Made by a program: the position numbers and the translations under genes. A DNA stretch of 64,000 bases from Ruminococcus sp. GTDB lineage: Bacteria; Bacillota; Clostridia; Oscillospirales; Ruminococcaceae. The stretch's first letter is position 1. Each line of letters opens with the position of its first letter. The stretch spans positions 16,966 to 80,965 of the forward strand of contig JAFRXL010000057.1 in NCBI GenBank assembly GCA_017441505.1, read 5' to 3'. The notes under the pieces are model-generated. The model saw nothing but the letters and a program-made list of their open reading frames with translations. It did no database searches and was not told where the DNA came from. Shown piece by piece: positions 9,407 to 18,667 of the stretch.

Positions 9407-11815
9407 ATGGCAACTAAAAAAGCAAACCCTCTTATGACCAGCATAAAAGAAGAATTTCCTAAGAAGCTCCAGCTTCTTTACAATGTTTCACCTGAGGAGG
9501 CATCAGATAAACAAGTCTATCATGTGCTTTCTTCCATAATCGTTGAGATACTCGGTGCTAAAAGACAGAGCTTCATCAACCACACTCACTCTGTAGGCGG
9601 AAAACAGGTATACTATCTCTCAATGGAATTCCTTATGGGACGTTCCCTTAAAACCAGCATCTATAACCTCGAACTCGCTGAGGATATAAGAGCAATGCTG
9701 AAGCAGTATGACATAAATCTTGATAAAATATATGATTACGAGCCGGATGCAGGACTCGGAAACGGCGGTCTCGGACGACTTGCTGCCTGCTATCTCGACG
9801 GACTTGCAACAGAAGGATTCCCTGCAATGGGCTATTCTATCTGCTATGAGTACGGTATCTTCCAGCAGAAGCTCGAAGACGGCTGGCAGACAGAGCTCCC
9901 TGATAACTGGCTCCCTGGCGGTTCAGTATGGCTCGTGCCAAAGCCTGAGCTTGCTATAGATATACACTTCGAGGGCGATCTTCAGGAGTACTGGGATAAT
10001 CAGTACCACTATATCTCCCATGTGAACTATAACACAGTTGTAGCTACACCTTACGATATGTACGTTTCCGGCTACGGCGGAGAGGGAGTTTCTGTACTTC
10101 GTCTCTGGTCAGCTAAAGCTCCTAACTTCAATATGGAGATGTTCAACAAGGGTAATTATGAGAAGGCTCTTGCTCAAAACTCTATCGCAAATGCTATCTC
10201 AAAGGTACTCTATCCTAACGATAACCACCTTGAAGGAAAGAGCCTCCGTCTTCGTCAGCAGTATTTCCTCTGTGCAGCTTCTATCGGCGACATTGTAAAT
10301 ACTCACATGAACGTTTACGGAACTCTCGAAAACCTTGCTGACAAGGTTGCTATCCACATCAACGATACTCATCCTACACTTGCTATCCCAGAGCTTATGC
10401 GTGTTCTTCTTGACGACTGCGGCTACGGCTGGGAGCAGTCATGGGACATCGTTACACGTACTTTTGCTTATACAAACCATACCGTTATGGCAGAAGCACT
10501 CGAAAAGTGGGATGTTAACCTCGTAAAGACAGTTATCCCGAGAATCTTCTCTATCATAGTTGAGATAAATAACCGTTACTGCCAGTCACTTATGGAAAGA
10601 AACGGCTACGACAGTGCAAAGACTACACGTATGTCCATAATCAAGGACAATCAGATACACATGGCTACACTCTGCGTTGCTGCTTCACACAGCGTAAACG
10701 GCGTATCCAAGCTCCATTCTGAGATCATCAAGGAGTCTGTATTCCACGATGAATATGAGAATACCCCTGAGAAATTCAAGAATGTAACTAACGGTATCGC
10801 ATACAGAAGATGGCTCTATCAGTCCAACCCTGACCTTACAGCTCTTCTTTCCAAGACTATCGGCAAGAAGTTCATCAAGGACGCTTCCGAGCTTGCTAAA
10901 CTCAAGAAGTTCGAGAACGATGAGGAAGTCCTCACAAAGCTCATGGAAGTAAAGAAGGCTAATAAAGAGCGTTTTGCAAAGTATGTAAAGAACAGCAACG
11001 ATATAATCCTTAATACAGACAGTATTTTCGATGTACAGGTAAAGCGTCTCCACGAATACAAGAGACAGCACCTCAACGTTATGAATATACTTGCTGACTA
11101 TGCTTACCTCCTCAATAATCCTGATGCTCCTTTCACTCCAAAGACATACATCTTTGCTGCAAAGGCTGCTCCGGGATACTATCTCGCAAAGCAGATAATC
11201 AAGATGATATGGGCTATATCAGAGGAGATAAGAAAGAATCCAAAGATAAACCAGAAGCTCTCTGTAGTATTCCTTGAAAACTACTGCGTAACTCTCTCAG
11301 AGCTGCTCATGCCTGCTTCTGATGTTTCCGAGCAGATCTCTCTCGCAGGAACAGAGGCATCCGGTACAGGTAACATGAAGCTCATGCTCAACGGTGCTAT
11401 CACTCTTGGTACTCTCGACGGAGCTAATATCGAGATCAAGGAAGCTTGCGGCGATGACAATATCGTTATCTTCGGTATGACTACTCCGGAAGTTAACGCT
11501 ATGCAGGCAAGAGGCTATAATCCTACAGATTATTTCAATAATGACGGCCGTATCCACGAGGCTATCCAGCGTATGTATCACGGTATCAACGGCTGTACAT
11601 TCAATGACGTTGCTAACTCACTGAAGGATAAAGACCCATATATGGTACTTGCTGATTTCGACAGCTACAGAAATGCACAGCAGTACATCACGGAATGCTA
11701 CAACGATAAGATGAAGTGGGCTAAGATGTCACTTAACAATATCGCTGGTGCGGGAATATTCTCAGCAGACCGTGCAGTAACAGAGTATGCCGATAACATC
11801 TGGCACCTCAGATGA
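9407..11815 (+). CDS. glgP: Glycogen/maltodextrin phosphorylase (GT35)
   Basis: YYLSMEFLMGR, GLGNGGLGRLAAC, QVKRLHEYKRQ, EASGTGNMK (PLP lysine), GTLDGAN. Confidence 0.97.
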   Translation: MATKKANPLMTSIKEEFPKKLQLLYNVSPEEASDKQVYHVLSSIIVEILGAKRQSFINHTHSVGGKQVYYLSMEFLMGRSLKTSIYNLELAEDIRAMLKQYDINLDKIYDYEPDAGLGNGGLGRLAACYLDGLATEGFPAMGYSICYEYGIFQQKLEDGWQTELPDNWLPGGSVWLVPKPELAIDIHFEGDLQEYWDNQYHYISHVNYNTVVATPYDMYVSGYGGEGVSVLRLWSAKAPNFNMEMFNKGNYEKALAQNSIANAISKVLYPNDNHLEGKSLRLRQQYFLCAASIGDIVNTHMNVYGTLENLADKVAIHINDTHPTLAIPELMRVLLDDCGYGWEQSWDIVTRTFAYTNHTVMAEALEKWDVNLVKTVIPRIFSIIVEINNRYCQSLMERNGYDSAKTTRMSIIKDNQIHMATLCVAASHSVNGVSKLHSEIIKESVFHDEYENTPEKFKNVTNGIAYRRWLYQSNPDLTALLSKTIGKKFIKDASELAKLKKFENDEEVLTKLMEVKKANKERFAKYVKNSNDIILNTDSIFDVQVKRLHEYKRQHLNVMNILADYAYLLNNPDAPFTPKTYIFAAKAAPGYYLAKQIIKMIWAISEEIRKNPKINQKLSVVFLENYCVTLSELLMPASDVSEQISLAGTEASGTGNMKLMLNGAITLGTLDGANIEIKEACGDDNIVIFGMTTPEVNAMQARGYNPTDYFNNDGRIHEAIQRMYHGINGCTFNDVANSLKDKDPYMVLADFDSYRNAQQYITECYNDKMKWAKMSLNNIAGAGIFSADRAVTEYADNIWHLR

Positions 11816-11836
11816 TCCGGGAATAATTCTGGATAT

Positions 11837-11862
11837 AAGGGGACGTTCAGCGTCCCCTTTTT
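11837..11862 (+). terminator. Terminator after glgP
   Basis: AAGGGGACG-ttcag-CGTCCCCTT followed by T-run. Confidence 0.8.
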
Positions 11863-11913
11863 TACAGTCAGCGGTGATACTCTATCTATCATTTTATAAG
11901 GAGTGAATATTTT

Positions 11914-13803
11914 ATGAAACCTATATATGATTCATGGAACCTTGCGTATAAATCTATATTCGGAGCTTTAAGACAGTTCAGGACCTGCCGGTTCACTATA
12001 AGGCTCTCAAAGGATATACATCCTGATTTTGCTCCTGTCCTTGTGCTGTTCAGAACAGGATTCAAGGAAAGATTCATAAATATGAATATAGTTTCCGAAG
12101 AAGAGGACTGCATAGCTTATTCCGCTGAGTACACTGCACGCTACAGTGATGTGCATTACTATTATTTCTCCTATTCACAGGGAGGTATAAGACATTATAT
12201 CAAAAAAGTGAACGTACATGAAGCCGCTGTGGACCACGGTGACCTGTTCCAGCTTACTGTGTATAAAGAGGACTATGAAACTCCGGATTTTCTCAAAGGC
12301 GGAGTTATGTACCAGATTTTCCCGGACAGATTCTGCAACAGCGGCAAGCCTAAGGAGAACATCCCCTACGGACGTGTTATCCGTGAAAACTGGGGAGAAA
12401 CTCCGTGGTATCGTCCGGACGAGCGTGGCCACGTATGGAACAATGACTATTTCGGCGGCGATTTTGCCGGTATACAGTCAAAGCTTGGCTATCTCCATGA
12501 CCTCGGAGTTACCTGCATATACCTGAACCCGATATTTGAATCCCACGAAAATCACAGGTATAATACTGCCGATTACATGAAAGCCGATCCTATGCTTGGT
12601 ACTAATGAGGACTTTGAAAAGCTCTGCAAGGAAGCTAAAAAGTACGGTATATCGGTCATACTGGACGGTGTGTTCTCTCATACCGGTGCGGACAGCGTCT
12701 ACTTCAATAAGTTCGGACGCTATCCGGATGTCGGTGCATATCAGTCCAAGGACAGCAAATATTATGATTGGTACTCATTCATCAACTATCCTAATGTATA
12801 CGAAGCATGGTGGGGAATCGATACACTGCCGAATGTCTGTGAGAACAATGAGGAGTATACAGAGTTTATTTGCGGAGATGAGGGAGTGCTCCGTTACTGG
12901 ATGAAGAAAGGTGCAGCCGGATTCCGTCTTGATGTTGCCGACGAGCTCCCCGACCGTTTTCTTGATAATCTTCATAAATGCGTAAAGGGCTATGATAAGA
13001 ACAAAATAGTCATCGGAGAGGTCTGGGAGGACGCTTCCAATAAGGAGAGCTACGGCATCAAAAGACGCTATCTGCTCGGTGACCAGCTCGATTCTGTAAT
13101 GAACTATCCGTTCCGTGAGGCTATAATCAACTTCGTCAAGGGCGGAGATACAAGAGCTTTTATCTACTCGATAATGACTATAGTAGAGAACTATCCAAAG
13201 CCGACTATAGACGTACTTATGAATTTTGTCTCCACTCACGACATCGAAAGAGCTATAAACCGTCTTGGCGGAGAAAGTTGCGAGGGTAAGAGCAAGGACT
13301 GGATGGCTGAAAGATACCTCACCGACTATGAGTACGACCTCGGCAAAAAGAGACTTAAAGCTGCTATGGCTCTTCAGTTCTTCCTTCCGGGCGTTCCGAG
13401 CATATACTACGGTGATGAAGCCGGACTTCAGGGCTATAAAGACCCGTTCAACCGCAGATGCTACCCTTGGGGTCACGAGGATAAGGAGCTTATTGAATAT
13501 GTTTCCGAGCTCAGCCGTGTAAGAAAGTCCATACCTAACCTCAAAGACGGCAGAATTTATTTCGTCATGAATGATAATGAGCTGACCAACGGACGTGTTA
13601 CTGCGTTCACACGTCAGGGTCAGAAGACTGACTATATATTCTTCGTAAACAGAAGTGCTGATGTTGTGTCTATTGACAGGATAAGCGTACACCTCTACCT
13701 CTTCGAGGACTTCGAGCCTTTCTACGGCAAATTTGAAAACGATACAGTTACTGTGGAACCTTATGGGTATACTATTATAAAGGCAAGATTTGCGGGGTAT
13801 TAA
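11914..13803 (+). CDS. GH13 alpha-amylase family enzyme (neopullulanase/amylopullulanase-like, cytoplasmic)
   Basis: YQIFPDRF, YLNPIF, DGVFSH, GFRLDVADE, GEVWE, STHD, IYYGDE, DPFNRR. Confidence 0.92.
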   Translation: MKPIYDSWNLAYKSIFGALRQFRTCRFTIRLSKDIHPDFAPVLVLFRTGFKERFINMNIVSEEEDCIAYSAEYTARYSDVHYYYFSYSQGGIRHYIKKVNVHEAAVDHGDLFQLTVYKEDYETPDFLKGGVMYQIFPDRFCNSGKPKENIPYGRVIRENWGETPWYRPDERGHVWNNDYFGGDFAGIQSKLGYLHDLGVTCIYLNPIFESHENHRYNTADYMKADPMLGTNEDFEKLCKEAKKYGISVILDGVFSHTGADSVYFNKFGRYPDVGAYQSKDSKYYDWYSFINYPNVYEAWWGIDTLPNVCENNEEYTEFICGDEGVLRYWMKKGAAGFRLDVADELPDRFLDNLHKCVKGYDKNKIVIGEVWEDASNKESYGIKRRYLLGDQLDSVMNYPFREAIINFVKGGDTRAFIYSIMTIVENYPKPTIDVLMNFVSTHDIERAINRLGGESCEGKSKDWMAERYLTDYEYDLGKKRLKAAMALQFFLPGVPSIYYGDEAGLQGYKDPFNRRCYPWGHEDKELIEYVSELSRVRKSIPNLKDGRIYFVMNDNELTNGRVTAFTRQGQKTDYIFFVNRSADVVSIDRISVHLYLFEDFEPFYGKFENDTVTVEPYGYTIIKARFAGY

Positions 13804-13943
13804 AAAATACCGCAAATAAACGATGAAAACCGCTGCTTATGATATTGAGCGGCGGTTTTTGTTATGTATGAGTTTTATATTGACAAAAATGATAAATCGT
13901 GCGATAATATAATAACTGAATGTATTATATAATATATTAATGG

Positions 13944-14684
13944 GTGATTAGTATGGATAGATTATATATTGTTATCCCGGCTTATAATGAGTCGGATAAT
14001 ATAAAGAAAACTATAGAGGATTGGTATCCTGTTGTAGAAAAATACAATGGCGGAGACAGGTCACGTTTAGTTATAGTAAACGACGGAAGCAAGGACAATA
14101 CCTATGAGATAATGCAGGAAATGGCTAAGGACAGACCTTTGTTCATTCCTCTGACAAAGCCTAACGGCGGACATGGGTCAGCAGTTCTGTATGGGTACAG
14201 ATATGCCGTACTGCACGGTGCAGACTATGTTTTTCAGACAGATTCTGACGGTCAGACCGATCCTTCGGAATTTCATGCATTCTGGAAGATACGGGAAAGA
14301 TACGATGCTGTTATAGGTGTAAGAAAGCATCGTGGAGACGGTATTCAGCGGTCGATCGTAGAAAAAGTAGTCTGCATTTTGCTTTGGATGTTCTTCTGTG
14401 TCAGAGTAAATGATGCAAATGCACCTTTCAGACTTATGAGAGCAGACAAATTAAAGAAGTATATAAAGAAAATGCCAAAGAATTATCATTTGCCGAATAT
14501 AATGCTGACAACATTTTTTGTGCATTACAAAGAGCGTGTAAAGTTCAGGGAAATATCTTTTAAATCAAGACAAGGCGGCAAGAATTCTATAAATATCAAA
14601 AGGATATTCAGGATAGGTATTCAGGCTTTGGGTGAGTTCCGGAACTTCAGGAAGAAGATGAAGAAGGAGTCCGGAGCAACATGA
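13944..14684 (+). CDS. GT2 glycosyltransferase (DPM1-like)
   Basis: VIPAYNE, VNDGSKD, NGGHG, QTDSDGQ, D.NAPFRL. Confidence 0.88.
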   Translation: MISMDRLYIVIPAYNESDNIKKTIEDWYPVVEKYNGGDRSRLVIVNDGSKDNTYEIMQEMAKDRPLFIPLTKPNGGHGSAVLYGYRYAVLHGADYVFQTDSDGQTDPSEFHAFWKIRERYDAVIGVRKHRGDGIQRSIVEKVVCILLWMFFCVRVNDANAPFRLMRADKLKKYIKKMPKNYHLPNIMLTTFFVHYKERVKFREISFKSRQGGKNSINIKRIFRIGIQALGEFRNFRKKMKKESGAT

Positions 14685-16297
14685 TAAAACTCAATAAAAA
14701 GACGCTGTATCTTATTGACCTTATATACATAGCAGTTCCGATATTACTGTTCCTTTTCGGGTGGACTAAATGGTATATCGCCATATGTTGTTCAGCGGTG
14801 CTGATAGGCTGTTATTGGCGTATGTACAGGAGCTTTACGGAAGAAAAGGAGGAAAGTATAGCTGTCAAGCCGATAGTATTTATCGGAGTCGTATTTGTAC
14901 TGATGCTGTTCGGATATGCTTTCGGCTGGGGAAGGTGGACTGCTCAGCCATATGACTGGGAAAAGCATAACACGCTTCTTTCCGACCTTACTAAAAGGTC
15001 GTGGCCGGTATATTACACCAATGGCTCTGAGCATTCAATGCTTACATATTATATAGCACAATACCTTGTACCGGCTTTTGTCGGTAAAGCGACAGGGTCA
15101 TTTCGTGTTACAGAAAGAATGATATATGTATGGAACGAAATAGGCATACTGCTTATATGGCTTCAGCTTATAAGAGCATTGAAGATAGAAAAGGGATATA
15201 AGCAGGTTTTAAGCTCTATATTCTTCCTGATGTTCGGACTGCCTCTCGCACTTGCAAAGAAGTTTGCGATCAATTTCACTACTTTCGATATTTTTCAGGA
15301 TAAAGATAATCCTTCGTGGTTCGTCTTAGATGATGATAGACTTATACATCTGCAATATTCCGAGAATTTCACGCTTCTTAACTGGGTATTTCCGCAAGTC
15401 ATAGTGATATGGCTCGTTACTCTGCTTTTCTTCGAGCATAAGGATAAACTGCGTTACTATATTCCGTTGATGCTTCCTTGTATGCTTTATGGTATACTTT
15501 CATTCATTGGTATGGTGATATTTGCAGCAGCATATGCGGTATTTTTGCTGGTAAGGGACAAAAAGTTCGCTGATTGGCTGAAAAGCGTACTAAGTCCGGA
15601 AAATATCTTGTGTATGGCAACTTTGGGCTCAGTACTGCTCCTTTATTACTATGGAAATATGATCTCGGAAAAACCGGATGCTCTTGGATTTAAGATCATG
15701 CCGTATAAAGGCGGGCTTATAGGAATTTACTTCTTATTTGTCATATTCAATGTATTACCTTATGGTCTTAGTCTTTTCAAGTGGTACAAAAGGGACGTTT
15801 TATACTGGGTATCATTTATATCGCTGCTTATATTCCCGATATTCAGAATGGGAATGTACAACGATCTTATGATGCGTGCAAGCATACCGGCGTTGTTTTT
15901 GTTTATGTACTATATAATGGAGATATTCAACAGATATATAAATATTCCTCAGAGCGACCCAAGTGTTAAGGGGAAAAAACTTTCAAAGGAAGAACAGAAA
16001 TTACAGCTTAAAAAAGATATGCAGGATATAAAAAAGAAGCTGTTAAAAGTACCTGTTCAGGTCTATATACTTATTGTTTTTGTATTGATAGGAGCTCATT
16101 ATCCGCATAGATGCTTTACACGTATCATGCTGGCAGATAATATTTCAGAATGTGGTAAGCTGAGGTCATGGGGGTCTGCTGAGAAGTACGCAAACAGAGG
16201 TATCAAGGATAAACAGGATCAGGTGTATAACTATTTCAGCTATGATATTGACGACAACTTGTTTTATAAATATATCTCAAGAGTAAAAGACGAATAA
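14681..16297 (+). CDS. Polytopic membrane protein, putative GT-C fold glycosyltransferase
   Basis: About 12 TM segments, D..KHN...DL...WP and YY loop motifs; ATGA overlap with the upstream GT2. Confidence 0.6.
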   Translation: MIKLNKKTLYLIDLIYIAVPILLFLFGWTKWYIAICCSAVLIGCYWRMYRSFTEEKEESIAVKPIVFIGVVFVLMLFGYAFGWGRWTAQPYDWEKHNTLLSDLTKRSWPVYYTNGSEHSMLTYYIAQYLVPAFVGKATGSFRVTERMIYVWNEIGILLIWLQLIRALKIEKGYKQVLSSIFFLMFGLPLALAKKFAINFTTFDIFQDKDNPSWFVLDDDRLIHLQYSENFTLLNWVFPQVIVIWLVTLLFFEHKDKLRYYIPLMLPCMLYGILSFIGMVIFAAAYAVFLLVRDKKFADWLKSVLSPENILCMATLGSVLLLYYYGNMISEKPDALGFKIMPYKGGLIGIYFLFVIFNVLPYGLSLFKWYKRDVLYWVSFISLLIFPIFRMGMYNDLMMRASIPALFLFMYYIMEIFNRYINIPQSDPSVKGKKLSKEEQKLQLKKDMQDIKKKLLKVPVQVYILIVFVLIGAHYPHRCFTRIMLADNISECGKLRSWGSAEKYANRGIKDKQDQVYNYFSYDIDDNLFYKYISRVKDE

Positions 16298-16337
16298 AAA
16301 AACGGGAACTGTCAAATGATCGGCAGTTCCCGTTTTT
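16298..16337. terminator. Bidirectional terminator
   Basis: AAAAACGGGAACTGTC...GGCAGTTCCCGTTTTT. Confidence 0.8.
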
Positions 16338-16342
16338 AATTA

Positions 16343-17491
16343 TTATTTTACAATATCGAGGTATTTATTATTGCTGTCCCACTTATAGATGCCGGTATCG
16401 ACCAGAGACTGCAAGTTTTTCTTATCTATTGCATAAGGAGCAAGCAGATACGACTGGATATACTTAACGCCGTTATTATAAGTAGAAGTATCATATTTTA
16501 CATCTACATGGAGATTTTCGAGTAGACTTACGCTTGGAGTCTCTTTTGAGAGTATAAGCTTACATATTTCAAGGGTCACTTTAGCTTGATCGTTAACATT
16601 TTTGAAAACGGTCATATCCTGATAGCCGTCAACAATATTTTTAAGGTTCTCTACATCGCCGTCCTGACCGACTATTATTGGATGATTTGTACCGGAATAA
16701 TCCGACTGTATAGCCTCTGTAACGCCGAGAGCAGTAGAGTCATTAGCACAGATTACAGCATCGAGCGTTGTACCGTCAGAATATTTATCTGCTAAAAGCT
16801 GTTTCATATTAGCACGGGCATTATCAGTTGACCATTCTGGGGTTGTGACCTGTTCAAAAGTATTCTTACCGGAAACTATATTTAATTTACCTGAATCAAT
16901 GTAAGACTGTAAGGTTTCATAAGCACCTTCAAAGAAGAATCGAGCGTTATTATCCAGCTCGTCGCCGCCGACAAATTCTACATTATAGGTGTTATTTGTT
17001 TCATTAAGCTTTAATTGCTCTTTGATATATTCGCCCTGAATTGCACCTACCATATAGTTATCGAATGAAACATAGTAAGTAATTGCATCAGTATTCATGA
17101 TAAGACGGTCGTATGCAACGACAGGTATGCCGGCTTCTTTAGCCTTATCCAGAGTGCTGCTAAGATTATCCTTATCGACCGCAGCTATAAGGAGCAGCTG
17201 TACGCCCTCATCGATCATTGACTGAATATCTTCGACCTGCTTATCTTTGTTATTATCGGCATATTTCAAGTCGACTTTACATCCAACAGCTTCAAACTGT
17301 TCTTTCAGAAAAACGCCGTCACGGTTCCAGCGTTCGAGATTCTGAGTCGGAAGAGCGATACCAACAGTTCTGCCACGACCGTAAAACTCCTTATCCTGAT
17401 CGTTGCTGTCGCTGCTGCTTGACTTACTTGAACATGAGACCATAGCTCCTGCCATTGTTAACGCAAGAAAAAAAGTGCCTATTCTTTTCAT
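16343..17491 (-). CDS. Sugar-binding lipoprotein, ChvE/XylF family
   Basis: Lipobox-like MVSC, GIALPT...ERW.RDG, IPVVAYDRLI, YYVSFDN, ANDSTALG, GQDG; GGAGG RBS supports start 17491. Confidence 0.88.
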   Translation of the reverse strand: MKRIGTFFLALTMAGAMVSCSSKSSSSDSNDQDKEFYGRGRTVGIALPTQNLERWNRDGVFLKEQFEAVGCKVDLKYADNNKDKQVEDIQSMIDEGVQLLLIAAVDKDNLSSTLDKAKEAGIPVVAYDRLIMNTDAITYYVSFDNYMVGAIQGEYIKEQLKLNETNNTYNVEFVGGDELDNNARFFFEGAYETLQSYIDSGKLNIVSGKNTFEQVTTPEWSTDNARANMKQLLADKYSDGTTLDAVICANDSTALGVTEAIQSDYSGTNHPIIVGQDGDVENLKNIVDGYQDMTVFKNVNDQAKVTLEICKLILSKETPSVSLLENLHVDVKYDTSTYNNGVKYIQSYLLAPYAIDKKNLQSLVDTGIYKWDSNNKYLDIVK

Positions 17492-17517
17492 TTTGCATTC
17501 CTCCTGAATTATCATAT

Positions 17518-17699
17518 TTTGAGGCAATACCGCACAATGCCCGCCTGACGGCTTTGCACGTCATAAACTTGCATATTTCCCGTCATCTTGCACAGAACTT
17601 CCTTGACATACGTCAGTATGCCTGCGGAATTTCTATACAATCTGACGAAAAATCTGACTGCGTTTCTGCCGCACAAGCTTTGTGCGGTGCTGCCTTAAA
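17518..17699. repeat. Nested ~182-bp palindromic element (MITE-like or structured RNA) in the leader of the sugar-binding protein gene
   Basis: Terminal arms TTTGAGGCAATACCGCACAA / TTGTGCGGTGCTGCCTTAAA (17/20 complementary) plus inner arms CGTCATCTTGCACAGAACTTCC / GGAATTTCTATACAATCTGACG. Confidence 0.7.
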
Positions 17700-17713
17700 T
17701 TCCCTGTAAGATA

Positions 17714-17742
17714 ATTGTACACAGTAAAGGTTTTAATGTCAA
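17714..17742 (-). promoter_or_regulatory. Sigma-A promoter of the ChvE-like gene
   Basis: Minus strand TTGACA-N17-TACAAT. Confidence 0.7.
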
Positions 17743-18202
17743 TATATTTTGCACTTTTTTGTTAATGATATATAAAAAAGTCTGTGGGGAATAGACATGT
17801 TTTACATTAAGTTTATATATCAAAAAAATTTCAGATAATGCGAAAAAAGACTCTTTTATATAGTTTGTCTATTATTCAAAACATAGTGTATTAAATATTA
17901 AAGAATATATTGCCTGTTAAACAGACTTTTATTGCTCCGAATATTTGCTTGACGGGAGTTCACATTGAAATTATATTGCTAAAAATTTATCAATGTAACA
18001 AGGCTCGCTAATATAATTCAAAAAACACATAAATGGTGACAGCTATTTCAGCGGCGATGATATAATCTATACGGAGGCTTTGCTTATATTCTATAATGTG
18101 CTATAATTATATAGAAGCTCTTTTTGTTCACAAATTGTTTACAATTCATTTTGCACATCAGTGTATCCTAAAACGTCAATCATTATGAAGGGAGGTTAAT
18201 AC

Positions 18203-18667
18203 GTGTCAGTCGATATAAAAGAACAGTACGATAAAATTTTCCGGTACTGCTTTTTCAAGGTTCGTGACCATGTGCTTGCTGAAGACATAACTCAGGAGAC
18301 TTTTCTTCGTTTTCTTGAACGACAGCAGGTCTGCGATATTGAAAAGGAACTGCACTATCTGTACACGATAGCCGGCAATCTGTGTGCGGATAATTTCCGG
18401 AAAAAAGCTGTAGAGGAACTGACCGATGACATTCCCGATGGAACCGACCATGAGGAGGATATACTTACCAATGTTGCTCTGAGTAGTGCTATGCAGAAAC
18501 TATCAGATGAGGACAGAGAACTTGTAGTTCTAAGATATGTGAATGAAGTTCCGGTAGGTGTTCTGAGTAAAATGTACGGTATTTCAAGGTTCACAATGAG
18601 CCGAAGGCTGAGAAAAATACTTTCTCAGCTGAAAAATGAATTCAATGGAGAGGAGGGAGAACAGTGA
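18203..18667 (+). CDS. ECF RNA polymerase sigma factor
   Basis: Region 2 (YDKIFRYC...AEDITQETF...YLYTIA.N.C.D) and region 4 (LS..DRELV.LRY); GGGAGG RBS, GTG start. Confidence 0.92.
   Translation: MSVDIKEQYDKIFRYCFFKVRDHVLAEDITQETFLRFLERQQVCDIEKELHYLYTIAGNLCADNFRKKAVEELTDDIPDGTDHEEDILTNVALSSAMQKLSDEDRELVVLRYVNEVPVGVLSKMYGISRFTMSRRLRKILSQLKNEFNGEEGEQ

Noticed and set aside
12775-13815. 346-aa antisense ORF overlapping the GH13 gene
   Set aside because: No RBS or recognisable motifs; typical shadow ORF arising from codon bias of the sense gene
17455-17709. 84-aa plus-strand ORF
   Set aside because: Spans the palindromic element and overlaps the lipoprotein start antisense; no RBS
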